In this document: piece by piece, positions 29,816-39,077 of the stretch
Layout of the letters: each line of letters begins with the position of its first letter
Numbering within the stretch: position 1 is the stretch's first letter
Assembly (NCBI GenBank): GCA_964519305.1
Contig: CAZFHY010000017.1
Span: 1-64,000 of the forward strand
Length of the DNA: 64,000 nucleotides
Reading direction: 5' to 3'
Origin: Candidatus Undinarchaeota archaeon
Lineage (GTDB): Archaea; SpSt-1190; JASMDC01
The notes under the pieces: model-generated
Databases searched by the model: none
Seen by the model: only the letters and a program-made list of their open reading frames with translations
What the model was told of the DNA's origin: nothing
Translations under genes and position numbers: made by a program

Positions 29816-31300
29816 ATGACGATCGATACGCAAGCGCTCATCAAGGGAATTCTCGATGGCACATACGCCGTCTCCATCCATGGACAGGGTTACGTCGGCA
29901 TCCCCCTGGCGGCGCTGCTCGCGAAGCGGGGTGTGCGGGTCATCGGTGTCGACATCGACGCCTCCAAGGTTGACCGCCTCAACCGCGGTGAGTCGCCCGT
30001 GGACGAGCAGGACCCCAACTCTGTGCTCGAGCACGGCGCCGAGCGGTCGGAGCACAAGTGCGTCATCGACGGCATCGAGCTCTTCGTGTACAAGGGAGTG
30101 GTGTTCTGCCCCACATGTCTGCGCACCTACCGCATCACTGACGGTATCCCCGTCCTGACACAGGAGACCGTGGAGCTGCCCGCGCTGGCCACCGTGGACG
30201 ACTACCTGAAGGAAGGATTGGCCGCGGGTAACTACCGCGCCACCCTGGACGCAGAGGGGGCCGTACGTGAGTCGAAGGTCCACATAATCACGGTCCCGAC
30301 GTTCGCCGACTCCTACGAGCCGGTGCTCGCTGTGGCACGCGCCGTCGGCGGGTCGCTCGACGAGGACGGCCACGTGATCATCAACAAGTCCACGGTCCCC
30401 GTGGGTGCTACTGACGAGGCGGAGGCCATCATCCGCTCGCTCACCGACCATGAGTTCGGGATAGTGCATATGCAGGAGCGCATCGCCGAGGGCCGGGCGC
30501 TCAAGGAGTTCCAGGACATCCCCCGCACCGCCGGAACCCGTGATCCGGAGGCCGGGAAGGTCGCCAAGGCGCTGTTCGACAGCCTCGGTTCGCCGGTGTA
30601 CCTCTTCGACGATCCGCGGATCACCGAGGCCAGCAAGATATTCGAGAACGCCTACCGCGACTGCAACATATCCATCGCTAACGCGTTCGCCATATACTGT
30701 GAGAAGAAGGGCCTGAGCGTGTACCAGGTCATCGCGGCGGCCAACACCAACATCAAGACCCGGATATTCCAGCCCGGGATGGTCGGCGGGCACTGTCTCC
30801 CCGAGGACACCTACTACGTGGCCGAACCCATCAAGGACCTCGAGACCAAGAACACCATCATGGCAGGCCGCAAGCTCAACGAGTGGGTCCCCGGCCACCT
30901 GGTCGACCTGCTGGAACAGGGTCTCAAGAAGACGGGCAAGGGGCTTGCGGGCACCACCGTGTGCATGCTGGGCCTGGCGTTCAAGGGGAACACCGATGAC
31001 ACGCGCGAGAGCGGAGCGCTAATCATCGCTGATATGCTGGCCAAGCGCGGTGTCAAGGTGCAGATCCATGATCCATGGGTGCCCGAGGCGGTCGTCGCTG
31101 AGCATGGTCGCCCCGTCGGTGTCGGCGAGGCGCTGAAGGCGGACGCTCTCCTGGTGGCCACCGAGCACACCCAGTTCTTCACCTTCCCCTACCGCGAGGC
31201 GTGGGCAAAGGTGGTCGTCGACGGTCGCAACATGGTGCCCCCCGAGGCACTGAAGGGCTCGGGCAAGGAGCTCTTGCGGTTCGGCGACGGGGCCCCCTGA
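29816..31300 (+). CDS. UDP-N-acetylhexosamine/nucleotide-sugar dehydrogenase (WecC/WbpA-like) with a Trm112-like insert
   Basis: GQGYVG, KSTVPVG, ERIAEG, K..EN.YRD.NI, GGHC, GLAFKGNTDDTRES. Confidence 0.92.
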   Translation: MTIDTQALIKGILDGTYAVSIHGQGYVGIPLAALLAKRGVRVIGVDIDASKVDRLNRGESPVDEQDPNSVLEHGAERSEHKCVIDGIELFVYKGVVFCPTCLRTYRITDGIPVLTQETVELPALATVDDYLKEGLAAGNYRATLDAEGAVRESKVHIITVPTFADSYEPVLAVARAVGGSLDEDGHVIINKSTVPVGATDEAEAIIRSLTDHEFGIVHMQERIAEGRALKEFQDIPRTAGTRDPEAGKVAKALFDSLGSPVYLFDDPRITEASKIFENAYRDCNISIANAFAIYCEKKGLSVYQVIAAANTNIKTRIFQPGMVGGHCLPEDTYYVAEPIKDLETKNTIMAGRKLNEWVPGHLVDLLEQGLKKTGKGLAGTTVCMLGLAFKGNTDDTRESGALIIADMLAKRGVKVQIHDPWVPEAVVAEHGRPVGVGEALKADALLVATEHTQFFTFPYREAWAKVVVDGRNMVPPEALKGSGKELLRFGDGAP

Positions 31301-31511
31301 TACTACTGCTGGTCGTAACGAAGGCACTTAGCCGACGACAGCGTTCACAGGTATCGTGGACCCAGGCCGTCATGTATCGTATGTCGTCCTCCCCCGCACA
31401 AGATCCGTACCAACCGTGCACCATGTGACCACGCGTGCGCTGTCACGGCACGCGTCGGTTTTTCTGGTGGATATAAAAGCCCCTGATTGCTGGCCGGGTA
31501 CGGGAGATACC

Positions 31512-32753
31512 ATGCAGACCCTTGAAAGCCTCTTCTCGCGTTCAGCACGGATGATGAAGGGATCCGAGATCCGGGAGCTCCTCAAGCTCACCCAGCGGAA
31601 GGAGATCATATCCTTTGCCGGCGGCCTACCAAATCCGGACGCTTTCCCCATGGAGAACATCCACAAGATGATGGACCACGTGATGAAGAACCACGCCCGG
31701 GAGGCGCTCCAGTACGGGACCACCGAGGGTCACAACAAGCTGCGGCTCGCCCTGGTCCACGGGATGCAGCAGAACTACGACGTGACCACGGACGTCCACA
31801 ACCTGGCGGTCACAACGGGCTCGCAGGAGGCGCTCTATCTCCTGAGCAAGGTGCTCCTCGATCCGGGCGACACCGTGCTCACCGCAGCGCCCACCTACAT
31901 CGGCGCCACATCTACCTTCCTTGCGCAACAGGCCAACATCGACTGCATCCCGCTCGATGACCAGGGCGTCCGCGTCGATCTCCTCGAGGACAAGCTCGAG
32001 TGGATGGCACGCAATAAGAAGCTACCCAAGTTCGTCTACCTCATCCCCACGTTCCAGAACCCGTCCGGAGTGACCATCTCCCGCGAAAAGCGCAAGCAGA
32101 TCTACGAGCTGGTGTGCCGCTACAACCTGCTCCTCGTCGAGGACGATCCGTACGGCCTGCTGCGGTACGACGGCGATCCCGTGCTCCCGATCAAGGCACG
32201 CGACACCGAGGACCGGGTCGTGTACCTGGGCACCTTCTCGAAGATCCTAGCGCCCGGGTTCCGCATCGCATGGACCTGCGGTCCGGCCGAGCTGCTCAAC
32301 AAGATGACGCTCGCCAAGCAGGCGGTGGACCTCTGCTCCAACACCTTCGGCCAGTACATCGTGTACGAGGCGATCCACCACAACCTACTGTTCCCCCACA
32401 TCTCGGAGATCAAGCGCATCTACAAGGAGAAGCGGGACGCCATGCTCGCCGCCATGACCGAGCACTTCCCCGACGTGGCCCGGTGGAACACGCCCGAGGG
32501 CGGGCTGTTCATCTGGGTGCGGCTGCCCCACTCGGTCAACACCCGGGACATGTTCCCCAAGGCGGTGGCCAACAACGTGGCTTATGTGGTGGGCCAGGCG
32601 TTCTACCCGGATGGTTCGGGCTCGAACACCATGCGCCTTAACTTCTCCCACTCGTCCAACGAGCAGATCTGGGAGGGCATCGAGCGGTTGTCCAACGTCA
32701 TCCAGCAGGAGCTGGACAAGAAGATAGAGCCCGAGCTCATCCACGTGTACTAG
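31512..32753 (+). CDS. PLP-dependent class I/II aminotransferase (LysN/Aro8-like)
   Basis: ISFAGGLP, PTFQNPSG, EDDPYG, TFSKILAPGFR, RLNFS; TATA at ~31471. Confidence 0.93.
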   Translation: MQTLESLFSRSARMMKGSEIRELLKLTQRKEIISFAGGLPNPDAFPMENIHKMMDHVMKNHAREALQYGTTEGHNKLRLALVHGMQQNYDVTTDVHNLAVTTGSQEALYLLSKVLLDPGDTVLTAAPTYIGATSTFLAQQANIDCIPLDDQGVRVDLLEDKLEWMARNKKLPKFVYLIPTFQNPSGVTISREKRKQIYELVCRYNLLLVEDDPYGLLRYDGDPVLPIKARDTEDRVVYLGTFSKILAPGFRIAWTCGPAELLNKMTLAKQAVDLCSNTFGQYIVYEAIHHNLLFPHISEIKRIYKEKRDAMLAAMTEHFPDVARWNTPEGGLFIWVRLPHSVNTRDMFPKAVANNVAYVVGQAFYPDGSGSNTMRLNFSHSSNEQIWEGIERLSNVIQQELDKKIEPELIHVY

Positions 32754-32767
32754 GAGAAGAAAGGGAA

Positions 32768-32799
32768 GGGGGCGGTTCCCTGGCCGGGACGCCGCCCCC
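32768..32799. terminator. GC-rich hairpin between convergent genes
   Basis: GGGGGCGG...CCGCCCCC flanked by purine and pyrimidine tracts. Confidence 0.6.
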
Positions 32800-32811
32800 G
32801 TTCTTTCGCGG

Positions 32812-33495
32812 TTATTCCTGCTCTTTGAGCTCGACGGCCCGAGCGACGTTCTTTCCCCTGAAGCTCAGGATTGGATGGAAGATGTCGCCCATGTAATCAG
32901 GGGTCCCGTCGTACTTCTCCTTGACCTCGCGCAGGGCGCCCTCGATGCCGTTGACGTTCCCGTCCATGCTGAGGAAGAACCCGACGGTCTCGGAGGGGAC
33001 ATAGACACCGGGGTACCCTGTGGGGTACGTCCTGATGCGCTCGTTGGCCGACACCTCGATACCGTGCTTCTCTGAGAGCTCGGTGGCGTACGCGGCGAGC
33101 TCGTCCATGGTGCCCTCGGGCATGTCGGCGTTGTAGGCGACGTCGAGGTGGCCGTCCATGTCAGCTTCCTTTGCGATCACATACGAGGAGAGCCGGAAGC
33201 CCTTCCACGATGCGATGGGATGACCCGGGTCGATGGCCGGGTTGGACGGAATACCGTGCTCCTTGGTCTCCTGCACCAGGTACTCGGAGGCCGCCAGGAC
33301 GTCCTTCTCGGACCCCTGGAACGTCACGCCCCTACCGTACTCGCCCACGCGCCGGGCCCAGAGCATTTCATGGTTGGCATTGACATCGTAGGTCGATTCG
33401 ATATGGGATAAAGCCTGGTCAATGGCCTCGGAGCGGGCGTCGTAGCCCTCGCTGCCGGGACCACCATAGTACTCGAAGAGCGCTTCTGCATCCAT
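32812..33495 (-). CDS. Unknown tandem-domain protein, paralog 3 (BMC-T-like or double-ACT-like)
   Basis: Shares HPIAxxKGFRLSSYV and HPxxSFRGKNVA with its neighbours; own TATAAAAA at 33520-33527. Confidence 0.85.
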   Translation of the reverse strand: MDAEALFEYYGGPGSEGYDARSEAIDQALSHIESTYDVNANHEMLWARRVGEYGRGVTFQGSEKDVLAASEYLVQETKEHGIPSNPAIDPGHPIASWKGFRLSSYVIAKEADMDGHLDVAYNADMPEGTMDELAAYATELSEKHGIEVSANERIRTYPTGYPGVYVPSETVGFFLSMDGNVNGIEGALREVKEKYDGTPDYMGDIFHPILSFRGKNVARAVELKEQE

Positions 33496-33593
33496 GACGA
33501 GTCTCGGCCCCGCGAGCGCTTTTTATACAGAACTTTTGGTCTACCGACTGACAAACAGTGTCATGATTGGGGTGCCGTATGGCGTTATTGGCC

Positions 33594-34286
33594 CTACTCG
33601 CGGTCCTCGAGCTCGACGACCTTGGCGACGTTCTTGCCCCTGAAGCTCTTGAACGGGTGGAGGGGGTCGCTGAGGTACTGGGGCTTCTCGTCGAAGTGCT
33701 CTCTTGCCTCGCGCAGGGCCGACTCGACGCCGTCGATGTTCCCGTCGAGGCTGAGCCAGAAGCCGATCACCTTGGACGGGGGCGGGCAGGCCGGGTAGCC
33801 TCCATAGGCGGGTTCGTACCGGTTCTGTGCGGTGGCCTTGATACCGTGCTTCTCGGCGAGACCGGCGGCGTAGGTGCCCAGCTCTTCAAGCCTTGCCTCG
33901 GCGTTCTCGTCCGTGAAACCGGCGTCGAGGAAGACGTCAGCGCCCTTTTCCTTGTCTAGCACGTACGACGATAGTCTGAAGCCCTTCCACGCAGCGATGG
34001 GATGGCAGATGTCGAAGCATGAGTTCCACGGCATGTCGTAGCCCTTGGCCTTGGTCTCGTTCACCAGGTACTGCGTCGCCTCCAGGACGTCCTGCTCGCT
34101 GCCCCGGATCATGATCTTGCGGTCGGAGAACCCGGTGTACGGCAGGAGTACGTCCTGCTGCTTCACGTCGATGTCGTAGGAGCCGCGCGCTCCCTCGAGC
34201 GCGGTGTCGAGGTCACGGTCCAGGGTGTCGTACGCCTCCTGGTCGAGCCCCTGGATGTTGTAGTTCAGGATGACCTCGGCTTCCAT
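33594..34286 (-). CDS. Unknown tandem-domain protein, paralog 2
   Basis: Same conserved motifs; ATG 3 nt after the upstream TGA. Confidence 0.85.
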   Translation of the reverse strand: MEAEVILNYNIQGLDQEAYDTLDRDLDTALEGARGSYDIDVKQQDVLLPYTGFSDRKIMIRGSEQDVLEATQYLVNETKAKGYDMPWNSCFDICHPIAAWKGFRLSSYVLDKEKGADVFLDAGFTDENAEARLEELGTYAAGLAEKHGIKATAQNRYEPAYGGYPACPPPSKVIGFWLSLDGNIDGVESALREAREHFDEKPQYLSDPLHPFKSFRGKNVAKVVELEDRE

Positions 34287-34289
34287 GGT

Positions 34290-34976
34290 TCATTCCTCCC
34301 GTTCGAGTTCGACTACGCGTGCCACGTTCTTGCCCCTGAAGCTCCTGATCGGGTGGAGGATGTCGCCGAAGTACTCCGGCTTGTCCTCGAAATTCTCCCG
34401 GAGCTCACGTGTAGCGCCTTCAATGCCGTTGACGTCTCCGTCCAGGCTGAAGTAGAAACCGACGACCTCCGACGGGACCGCTACGGGTACGGGGGCCGCG
34501 ACGGGGTAGACCTTTATGCGCTCCTCGACCTTGACATCGATGCCGTGCTTCTCGGCCAGCTCGGTGGCATAGGCGGAGAGGTCCTCCATCTTGGCCTCGG
34601 CCTCCTTGTCGCTGTAGCCGACGTCCAGGTGGCCAGTGAGACCCTCTTCCTTAGCGAGCACGTACGATGATAGCCTGAAACCCTTGTAGGCGGCGATGGG
34701 ATGGAATGGATCGATGACCTTGTTCTCGGGCAACGGATGGCCGTTGTCCTTCATCTCGTTGACGATGTAGCCTGTGGCCTCCAGCAGGTCCTCCTGGGAC
34801 CCTCGCAGGATGACCTCGCGGCCGTACGCTCCGACGTGCTGCGCCATCAAGGTGTTGTGCTGGGTCTCGATGTCGTAGCTCTTGTTCAGCTCGTCAAGGG
34901 TGCTGTTGATGTCCTCGTTTCGCTGGTTGTATTCATCGGTCGCACCGTAGAAATGAAGAATGACTTCCGCATCCAT
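34290..34976 (-). CDS. Unknown tandem-domain protein, paralog 1
   Basis: MDAEVIL start aligns with the paralogs; TTTATATA at 35001-35008. Confidence 0.85.
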   Translation of the reverse strand: MDAEVILHFYGATDEYNQRNEDINSTLDELNKSYDIETQHNTLMAQHVGAYGREVILRGSQEDLLEATGYIVNEMKDNGHPLPENKVIDPFHPIAAYKGFRLSSYVLAKEEGLTGHLDVGYSDKEAEAKMEDLSAYATELAEKHGIDVKVEERIKVYPVAAPVPVAVPSEVVGFYFSLDGDVNGIEGATRELRENFEDKPEYFGDILHPIRSFRGKNVARVVELEREE

Positions 34977-35068
34977 GGGATAACCTAGCTCAACAGGCGG
35001 TATATAAACCTTGTCATCACGAGGTAGTAACAAACTAAAAGGTCTCTGCCAAGAACGAGCGGGATATC

Positions 35069-35098
35069 GGCGGACGGTCCCGGGGGGGGCCGTCCGCC
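35069..35098. terminator. GC-rich hairpin downstream of 35119-35655
   Basis: GGCGGACGGTCC...GGCCGTCCGCC inverted repeat. Confidence 0.55.
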
Positions 35099-35118
35099 TG
35101 CTGGTGTGTAAGGGTTCG

Positions 35119-35655
35119 TTATTTCAGGGCGATAAGGATGTCACCGCCGTCCTTGTGGGTGTAGTGGCTGACACGAGCGCTGAACCCGGCGTCGCGGAAC
35201 CCGGCGGCGGCCTCGTCCAGGGACTCGCTGTCCTTGTACGTGACCATGGCACGCTGGTAGGGGATGTCGGGGCAGAAGCTGTCCATACCCTTGAGGTAGC
35301 CCTTGGCCGCCTCGGCGATCTCGGAGAACCTCTCGGTGTCCGAGTGGGTAGGCTTACCGGCGTACTCGCTGTTCAGCTCCACGGTACCGCAGTTGGAATG
35401 GGGGTCGCGGTTATAGGCGCTACCGAACTCCTTCATGAGCGCCTCGTGCATGCCCATGTCGTCGGTTGTGACGACAGCACGCTGGACGAAGTAGGAAGGA
35501 CCGGCATTATAGGAGGGCGCTTCGGCGTCCTTGAAGTGCTTGGCGAAAAAGCCAGGCTCATGATCCTTCACGTAAGCATCAAGTGTATCGCGGACGGCAT
35601 CGTACTGCGACCCGCGGGCCACCATGCCATCGATGTATGCTGCGTCGATTTCCAT
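35119..35655 (-). CDS. Acidic hypothetical protein with an internal repeat
   Basis: AGGTGA SD before ATG 35655; VQRAVVT / YQRAMVT duplication. Confidence 0.75.
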   Translation of the reverse strand: MEIDAAYIDGMVARGSQYDAVRDTLDAYVKDHEPGFFAKHFKDAEAPSYNAGPSYFVQRAVVTTDDMGMHEALMKEFGSAYNRDPHSNCGTVELNSEYAGKPTHSDTERFSEIAEAAKGYLKGMDSFCPDIPYQRAMVTYKDSESLDEAAAGFRDAGFSARVSHYTHKDGGDILIALK

Positions 35656-35783
35656 GCGATCAGTCACCTACGAACCCTATGGTCCTTATATAGATTCCCT
35701 TGGGTTTGTCACCTGAGAGTGGTTACAGTTATGAACCCTTCATAACTACGGTCCCGGGAGGCAGGAAAAGGGCGTTAGGGGCC

Positions 35784-37154
35784 TCAGTTCCGCAGGCTCT
35801 TCACAGGAGCAGGGATGCGTCCGCCCCGTGCGATGAACGCCTTGGAGGCGAACTTTGAGACCGGCATGATTGTGGAACCGCCGAGCAGACCGCCAAAGGA
35901 GACCGTCTCGCCCGCCTTCTTTCCGGGTACGGGGATGAGCCGGCTCGCGGTGGTCTTGTTGTTGATGACCCCGATGGCCGCCTCGTCGGCGATGATGGCC
36001 GACAGGGTCTCTGCGGGAGTGTCGCCAGGGACGGCGATCATGTCCAGGCCCACCGAGCACACGGATGTCATGGCCTCGAGCTTCTCAAGGGTGAGCGCAC
36101 CTTCTGCTGCGGCCTCGACCAGACCCGGATCCTCGCACACCGGGATGAAGGCCCCGGAGAGCCCGCCCACGTAGGACGTGGCCATGGCCCCGCCCTTCTT
36201 CACAGCGTCCGTGAGGAGCGCGAGCGCTGCAGTGCTGCCGGGAGCGCCCGCTCGCTGCAGGCCCATGGTCTCCAGGATCTCGCCAACGCTGTCACCGCGT
36301 GTAGGGCTGGGGGCCAGCGAGATATCGATGATGCCGAACTCCACGTCCAGACGTCCGGCCATCTCGCGGCCGATGAGCTCACCGACGCGGGTGATCTTGA
36401 AGGCCGTGCGCTTGACCTCTTCCGCGACTGCACCCAGGCTCCTGCCCTCAAGCTTATCGAGGGCAGCCTTGACGGTCCCGGGGCCGGAGATGCCCACGCT
36501 CACCACTGCCTCGGGTTCCTCTGCGCCATGGAACGCACCCGCCATGAAGGGATTGTCTGAAGGGGCGTTGGCGAACACGACGAGCTTGGCGCACCCGATA
36601 CCACCGCTGTCAGCGGTACGTGCAGCGATATCCTTGATGAGCGCACCGATACGGAGCACGGCGTCCATGTTTATGCCCGCCTTGGTACTGGCCACGTTCA
36701 CCGACGAGCACACACGCTCCGTGGACGCGAGGGCGGCCGGAAGGCTCTCGAGCAGCATACGGTCGGCGTCAGTGAATCCCTTCTCGACCAGCGCCGAGTA
36801 ACCGCCGATGAAATCTATCCCTATACGCTTGGCCACATCGTCCATGGACCTGGCCACAGCGCAGCCGGCCTCCTCCGGATCGGCGTCCTTGAGCGGTGCC
36901 AGGAGGAAAGAGATGGGTGTGAGGGAGACGCGCTTGTTGACGATCGGGATGCCGTACCGCTCGGCGACGCCGTCGGCGGTGCCCACAAGGTTCCCCGCAT
37001 AGCGGAGCACCTTCTCCTTGATCTTTGAGCACAGCGCGTCAAGGTCGGGATCGGCGCAGTCCATCACGTTGATACCCATGGTGACGGTGCGAACGTCCAG
37101 GTTCTGGACGCTGATCATTTCGATGGTCTCCATGATCTCTTCGGGTCTGTACAT
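35784..37154 (-). CDS. DUF711 (PFL-like, UPF0210) family protein
   Basis: [44 protein letters not shown]. Confidence 0.93.
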   Translation of the reverse strand: MYRPEEIMETIEMISVQNLDVRTVTMGINVMDCADPDLDALCSKIKEKVLRYAGNLVGTADGVAERYGIPIVNKRVSLTPISFLLAPLKDADPEEAGCAVARSMDDVAKRIGIDFIGGYSALVEKGFTDADRMLLESLPAALASTERVCSSVNVASTKAGINMDAVLRIGALIKDIAARTADSGGIGCAKLVVFANAPSDNPFMAGAFHGAEEPEAVVSVGISGPGTVKAALDKLEGRSLGAVAEEVKRTAFKITRVGELIGREMAGRLDVEFGIIDISLAPSPTRGDSVGEILETMGLQRAGAPGSTAALALLTDAVKKGGAMATSYVGGLSGAFIPVCEDPGLVEAAAEGALTLEKLEAMTSVCSVGLDMIAVPGDTPAETLSAIIADEAAIGVINNKTTASRLIPVPGKKAGETVSFGGLLGGSTIMPVSKFASKAFIARGGRIPAPVKSLRN

Positions 37155-37166
37155 GGTGATCGCCCC

Positions 37167-37448
37167 CTAGACCCGGTGCATGAACTCGAAGATGTCGTGG
37201 TGCTGGATGTACACCTTGACGCCCAGCCGATCGGCCTCTTTCTCAAGTTCCTTCTTCAGTTCGGTGAGACCAAGATCGGAACTGGCGATATCAGCGAGCA
37301 CGATCATCGCGAAGAACTCCTGCATGATCGTGGAGTTCAGGTCCTCGATGTTCACACCCTGTTGTGCCAGCACGTTGGTGATGCCGGCAACGATGCCTGT
37401 CCTGTCCTTACCCACGATCGTGATGATGACCTGCTCCTTGTCGCTCAT
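37167..37448 (-). CDS. ACT-domain protein (UPF0237)
   Basis: ITIVGKDRTGIVA...QHHDIFEFMHRV; usual partner of DUF711. Confidence 0.92.
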   Translation of the reverse strand: MSDKEQVIITIVGKDRTGIVAGITNVLAQQGVNIEDLNSTIMQEFFAMIVLADIASSDLGLTELKKELEKEADRLGVKVYIQHHDIFEFMHRV

Positions 37449-37583
37449 GGACCCGGGAACGGACGGTCAGAGTTATAGGTTTGACGTGCAGGCACCGGTC
37501 CGTTGAAACCGGTTTCACCGTCCTGTTTTTAAGCTGTTTCTTACTTATACGGTAGCAGACGAGACCTGAACGGATGTGATACC

Positions 37584-37739
37584 ATGACAAGAATCATCAA
37601 CCTGTGCAACGACGGCTGCTGTCCCGTCATCGAGATCGGCGAGCATGAGGTGCGCATCGGCGAGGAAGGGAACCTTTGTACCCTCTCCCGCGACGAGTGG
37701 AACACCCTCGTACATAAGATCAAGAACGACGAGATATAG
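37584..37739 (+). CDS. Small Cys-rich protein (51 aa, below the ORF-track cutoff)
   Basis: MTRIINLCNDGCCPVIEIGEHEVRIGEEGNLCTLSRDEWNTLVHKIKNDEI; TATA-like motif upstream; hairpin plus pyrimidine tract downstream. Confidence 0.7.
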   Translation: MTRIINLCNDGCCPVIEIGEHEVRIGEEGNLCTLSRDEWNTLVHKIKNDEI

Positions 37740-37843
37740 GTACCTGTGGGGCGGTGCCCTCGGGTATCGCCCCGTTCTCTCTTTCTTAGTGGATGGTCAT
37801 TTACGGTACGATGCGCCTGACATGTCTCTATTAGGGATACCCC

Positions 37844-37888
37844 ATCAGTAGAATCAGAAAAATCAGAAAAGTATAAATATTCAGAACC
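37844..37888 (+). promoter_or_regulatory. TATA box embedded in a 9-bp-periodic ATCAGAAAA direct-repeat operator
   Basis: ATCAGTAGA-ATCAGAAAA-ATCAGAAAA-GTATAAATA-TTCAGAACC. Confidence 0.6.
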
Positions 37889-37902
37889 CCTAACTCTTTG
37901 GT

Positions 37903-38187
37903 ATGTGCGGAGGGAACGATGAAGGTCAGTGCTGCGACGGCACCGGTGGTATCCTGGGAGGTTTCCAGGTCGATGCGGTCGTGAGCGTTGACGAGCGGGG
38001 CCAGATGGTGCTCCCCAAGGAGATACGACGCAAGGCCGAGCTCCAACCTGGTGACAAACTCGCCCTGGTCACGTGCGAGAAGGACGGTAAGATAACCTGC
38101 ATAACCCTCATGAAGGTCGATGCACTGGCCGAGATGGTGCGCTCGAAGCTAGGGCCCGTGCTCAGGGAGGCCCTGGGCGACCAGTAG
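37903..38187 (+). CDS. AbrB/MazE-type regulator, HgcC-like
   Basis: VSVDERGQMVLPKEIR..A...PGDKLALV; vicinal Cys at the N-terminus. Confidence 0.8.
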   Translation: MCGGNDEGQCCDGTGGILGGFQVDAVVSVDERGQMVLPKEIRRKAELQPGDKLALVTCEKDGKITCITLMKVDALAEMVRSKLGPVLREALGDQ

Positions 38188-38196
38188 GGGGTGTGG

Positions 38197-39027
38197 ATGA
38201 TGGACGAGAACAAGATCAAGAGAACAGTACGAAAGGAGTACGGGAAGATCGCCGCTGAGGGGAGCTCGTGCTGCAGCTGTGGTTGTGACTGCGGTCCGGC
38301 TGCCGACTCAGCAAAGACGATCAGCGCCGGGATCGGCTACACTGACGACCAGATGGGCGCAGTACCGGAGGGCTCGAACCTGGGCCTGGGCTGTGGTAAT
38401 CCGACTGCCTTGGGTGCGCTTGAGCCGGGACAGACCGTGCTGGACCTCGGTTCAGGAGCGGGCTTCGACTGCTTCCTTGCAGCGCGGAAGGTCGGTCCGG
38501 AAGGTCGGGTCATCGGTGTCGACATGACCCCTGAGATGCTGGAGCGGGCCCGAGAGAACGCACGGAAGGACGGGTTCGATAACGTGGAGTTCCGGATGGG
38601 TGAGATCGAGCACCTGCCGGTAGAGGACGCGTCCGTGGACGTGATAATTTCCAACTGCGTCATCAACCTCTCGCCGGACAAGGAGCAGGTGTTCCGCGAG
38701 GCCTTCAGGGTGCTCAGGCCGGGAGGACGGCTCTATATATCGGACATCGTGCTCCTCAAGCCGCTCCCTGAAGCGATCCTGAAGAGCGCAGGGGCCTACG
38801 TTGGATGCATCTCCGGTGCCATCCTCAAGGAAGACTACCTGTCGCAGGTCGGCGAGGCCGGGTTCGGGAGGATGGACGTGATCAAAGAGACCGTCTTCCC
38901 CATAGAGCTCATGCTCAACGATCCCACGGCCCAGGCCATCATCAGAGAACTTGAGCTGACGGAGGAGGAGCTGAAGGGGCTCGCCGGTACGGTCGTGAGC
39001 CTACAGTTCACGGCGGAGAAGGTCTAG
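38197..39027 (+). CDS. arsM: Arsenite methyltransferase
   Basis: [41 protein letters not shown]. Confidence 0.93.
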   Translation: MMDENKIKRTVRKEYGKIAAEGSSCCSCGCDCGPAADSAKTISAGIGYTDDQMGAVPEGSNLGLGCGNPTALGALEPGQTVLDLGSGAGFDCFLAARKVGPEGRVIGVDMTPEMLERARENARKDGFDNVEFRMGEIEHLPVEDASVDVIISNCVINLSPDKEQVFREAFRVLRPGGRLYISDIVLLKPLPEAILKSAGAYVGCISGAILKEDYLSQVGEAGFGRMDVIKETVFPIELMLNDPTAQAIIRELELTEEELKGLAGTVVSLQFTAEKV

Positions 39028-39077
39028 AGGGCAGGCACCGCAGGGTTCAAAAGGCTTGGTATCCAGGTCATCGACAT

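Noticed and set aside
29471-30898. Long alternative ORFs (e.g. 29471-30898 minus, 10605-11570 plus, 48975-50162 plus)
   Set aside because: Antisense shadows of well-supported genes in high-GC DNA
35784-37448. DUF711 PFL-like protein as glycyl-radical cargo of the putative shell
   Set aside because: The DUF711 + ACT pair is widespread without BMCs and there is no activase nearby; adjacency alone is insufficient
37903-38187. Mercury methylation locus
   Set aside because: No hgcA corrinoid motif or hgcB ferredoxin in the window
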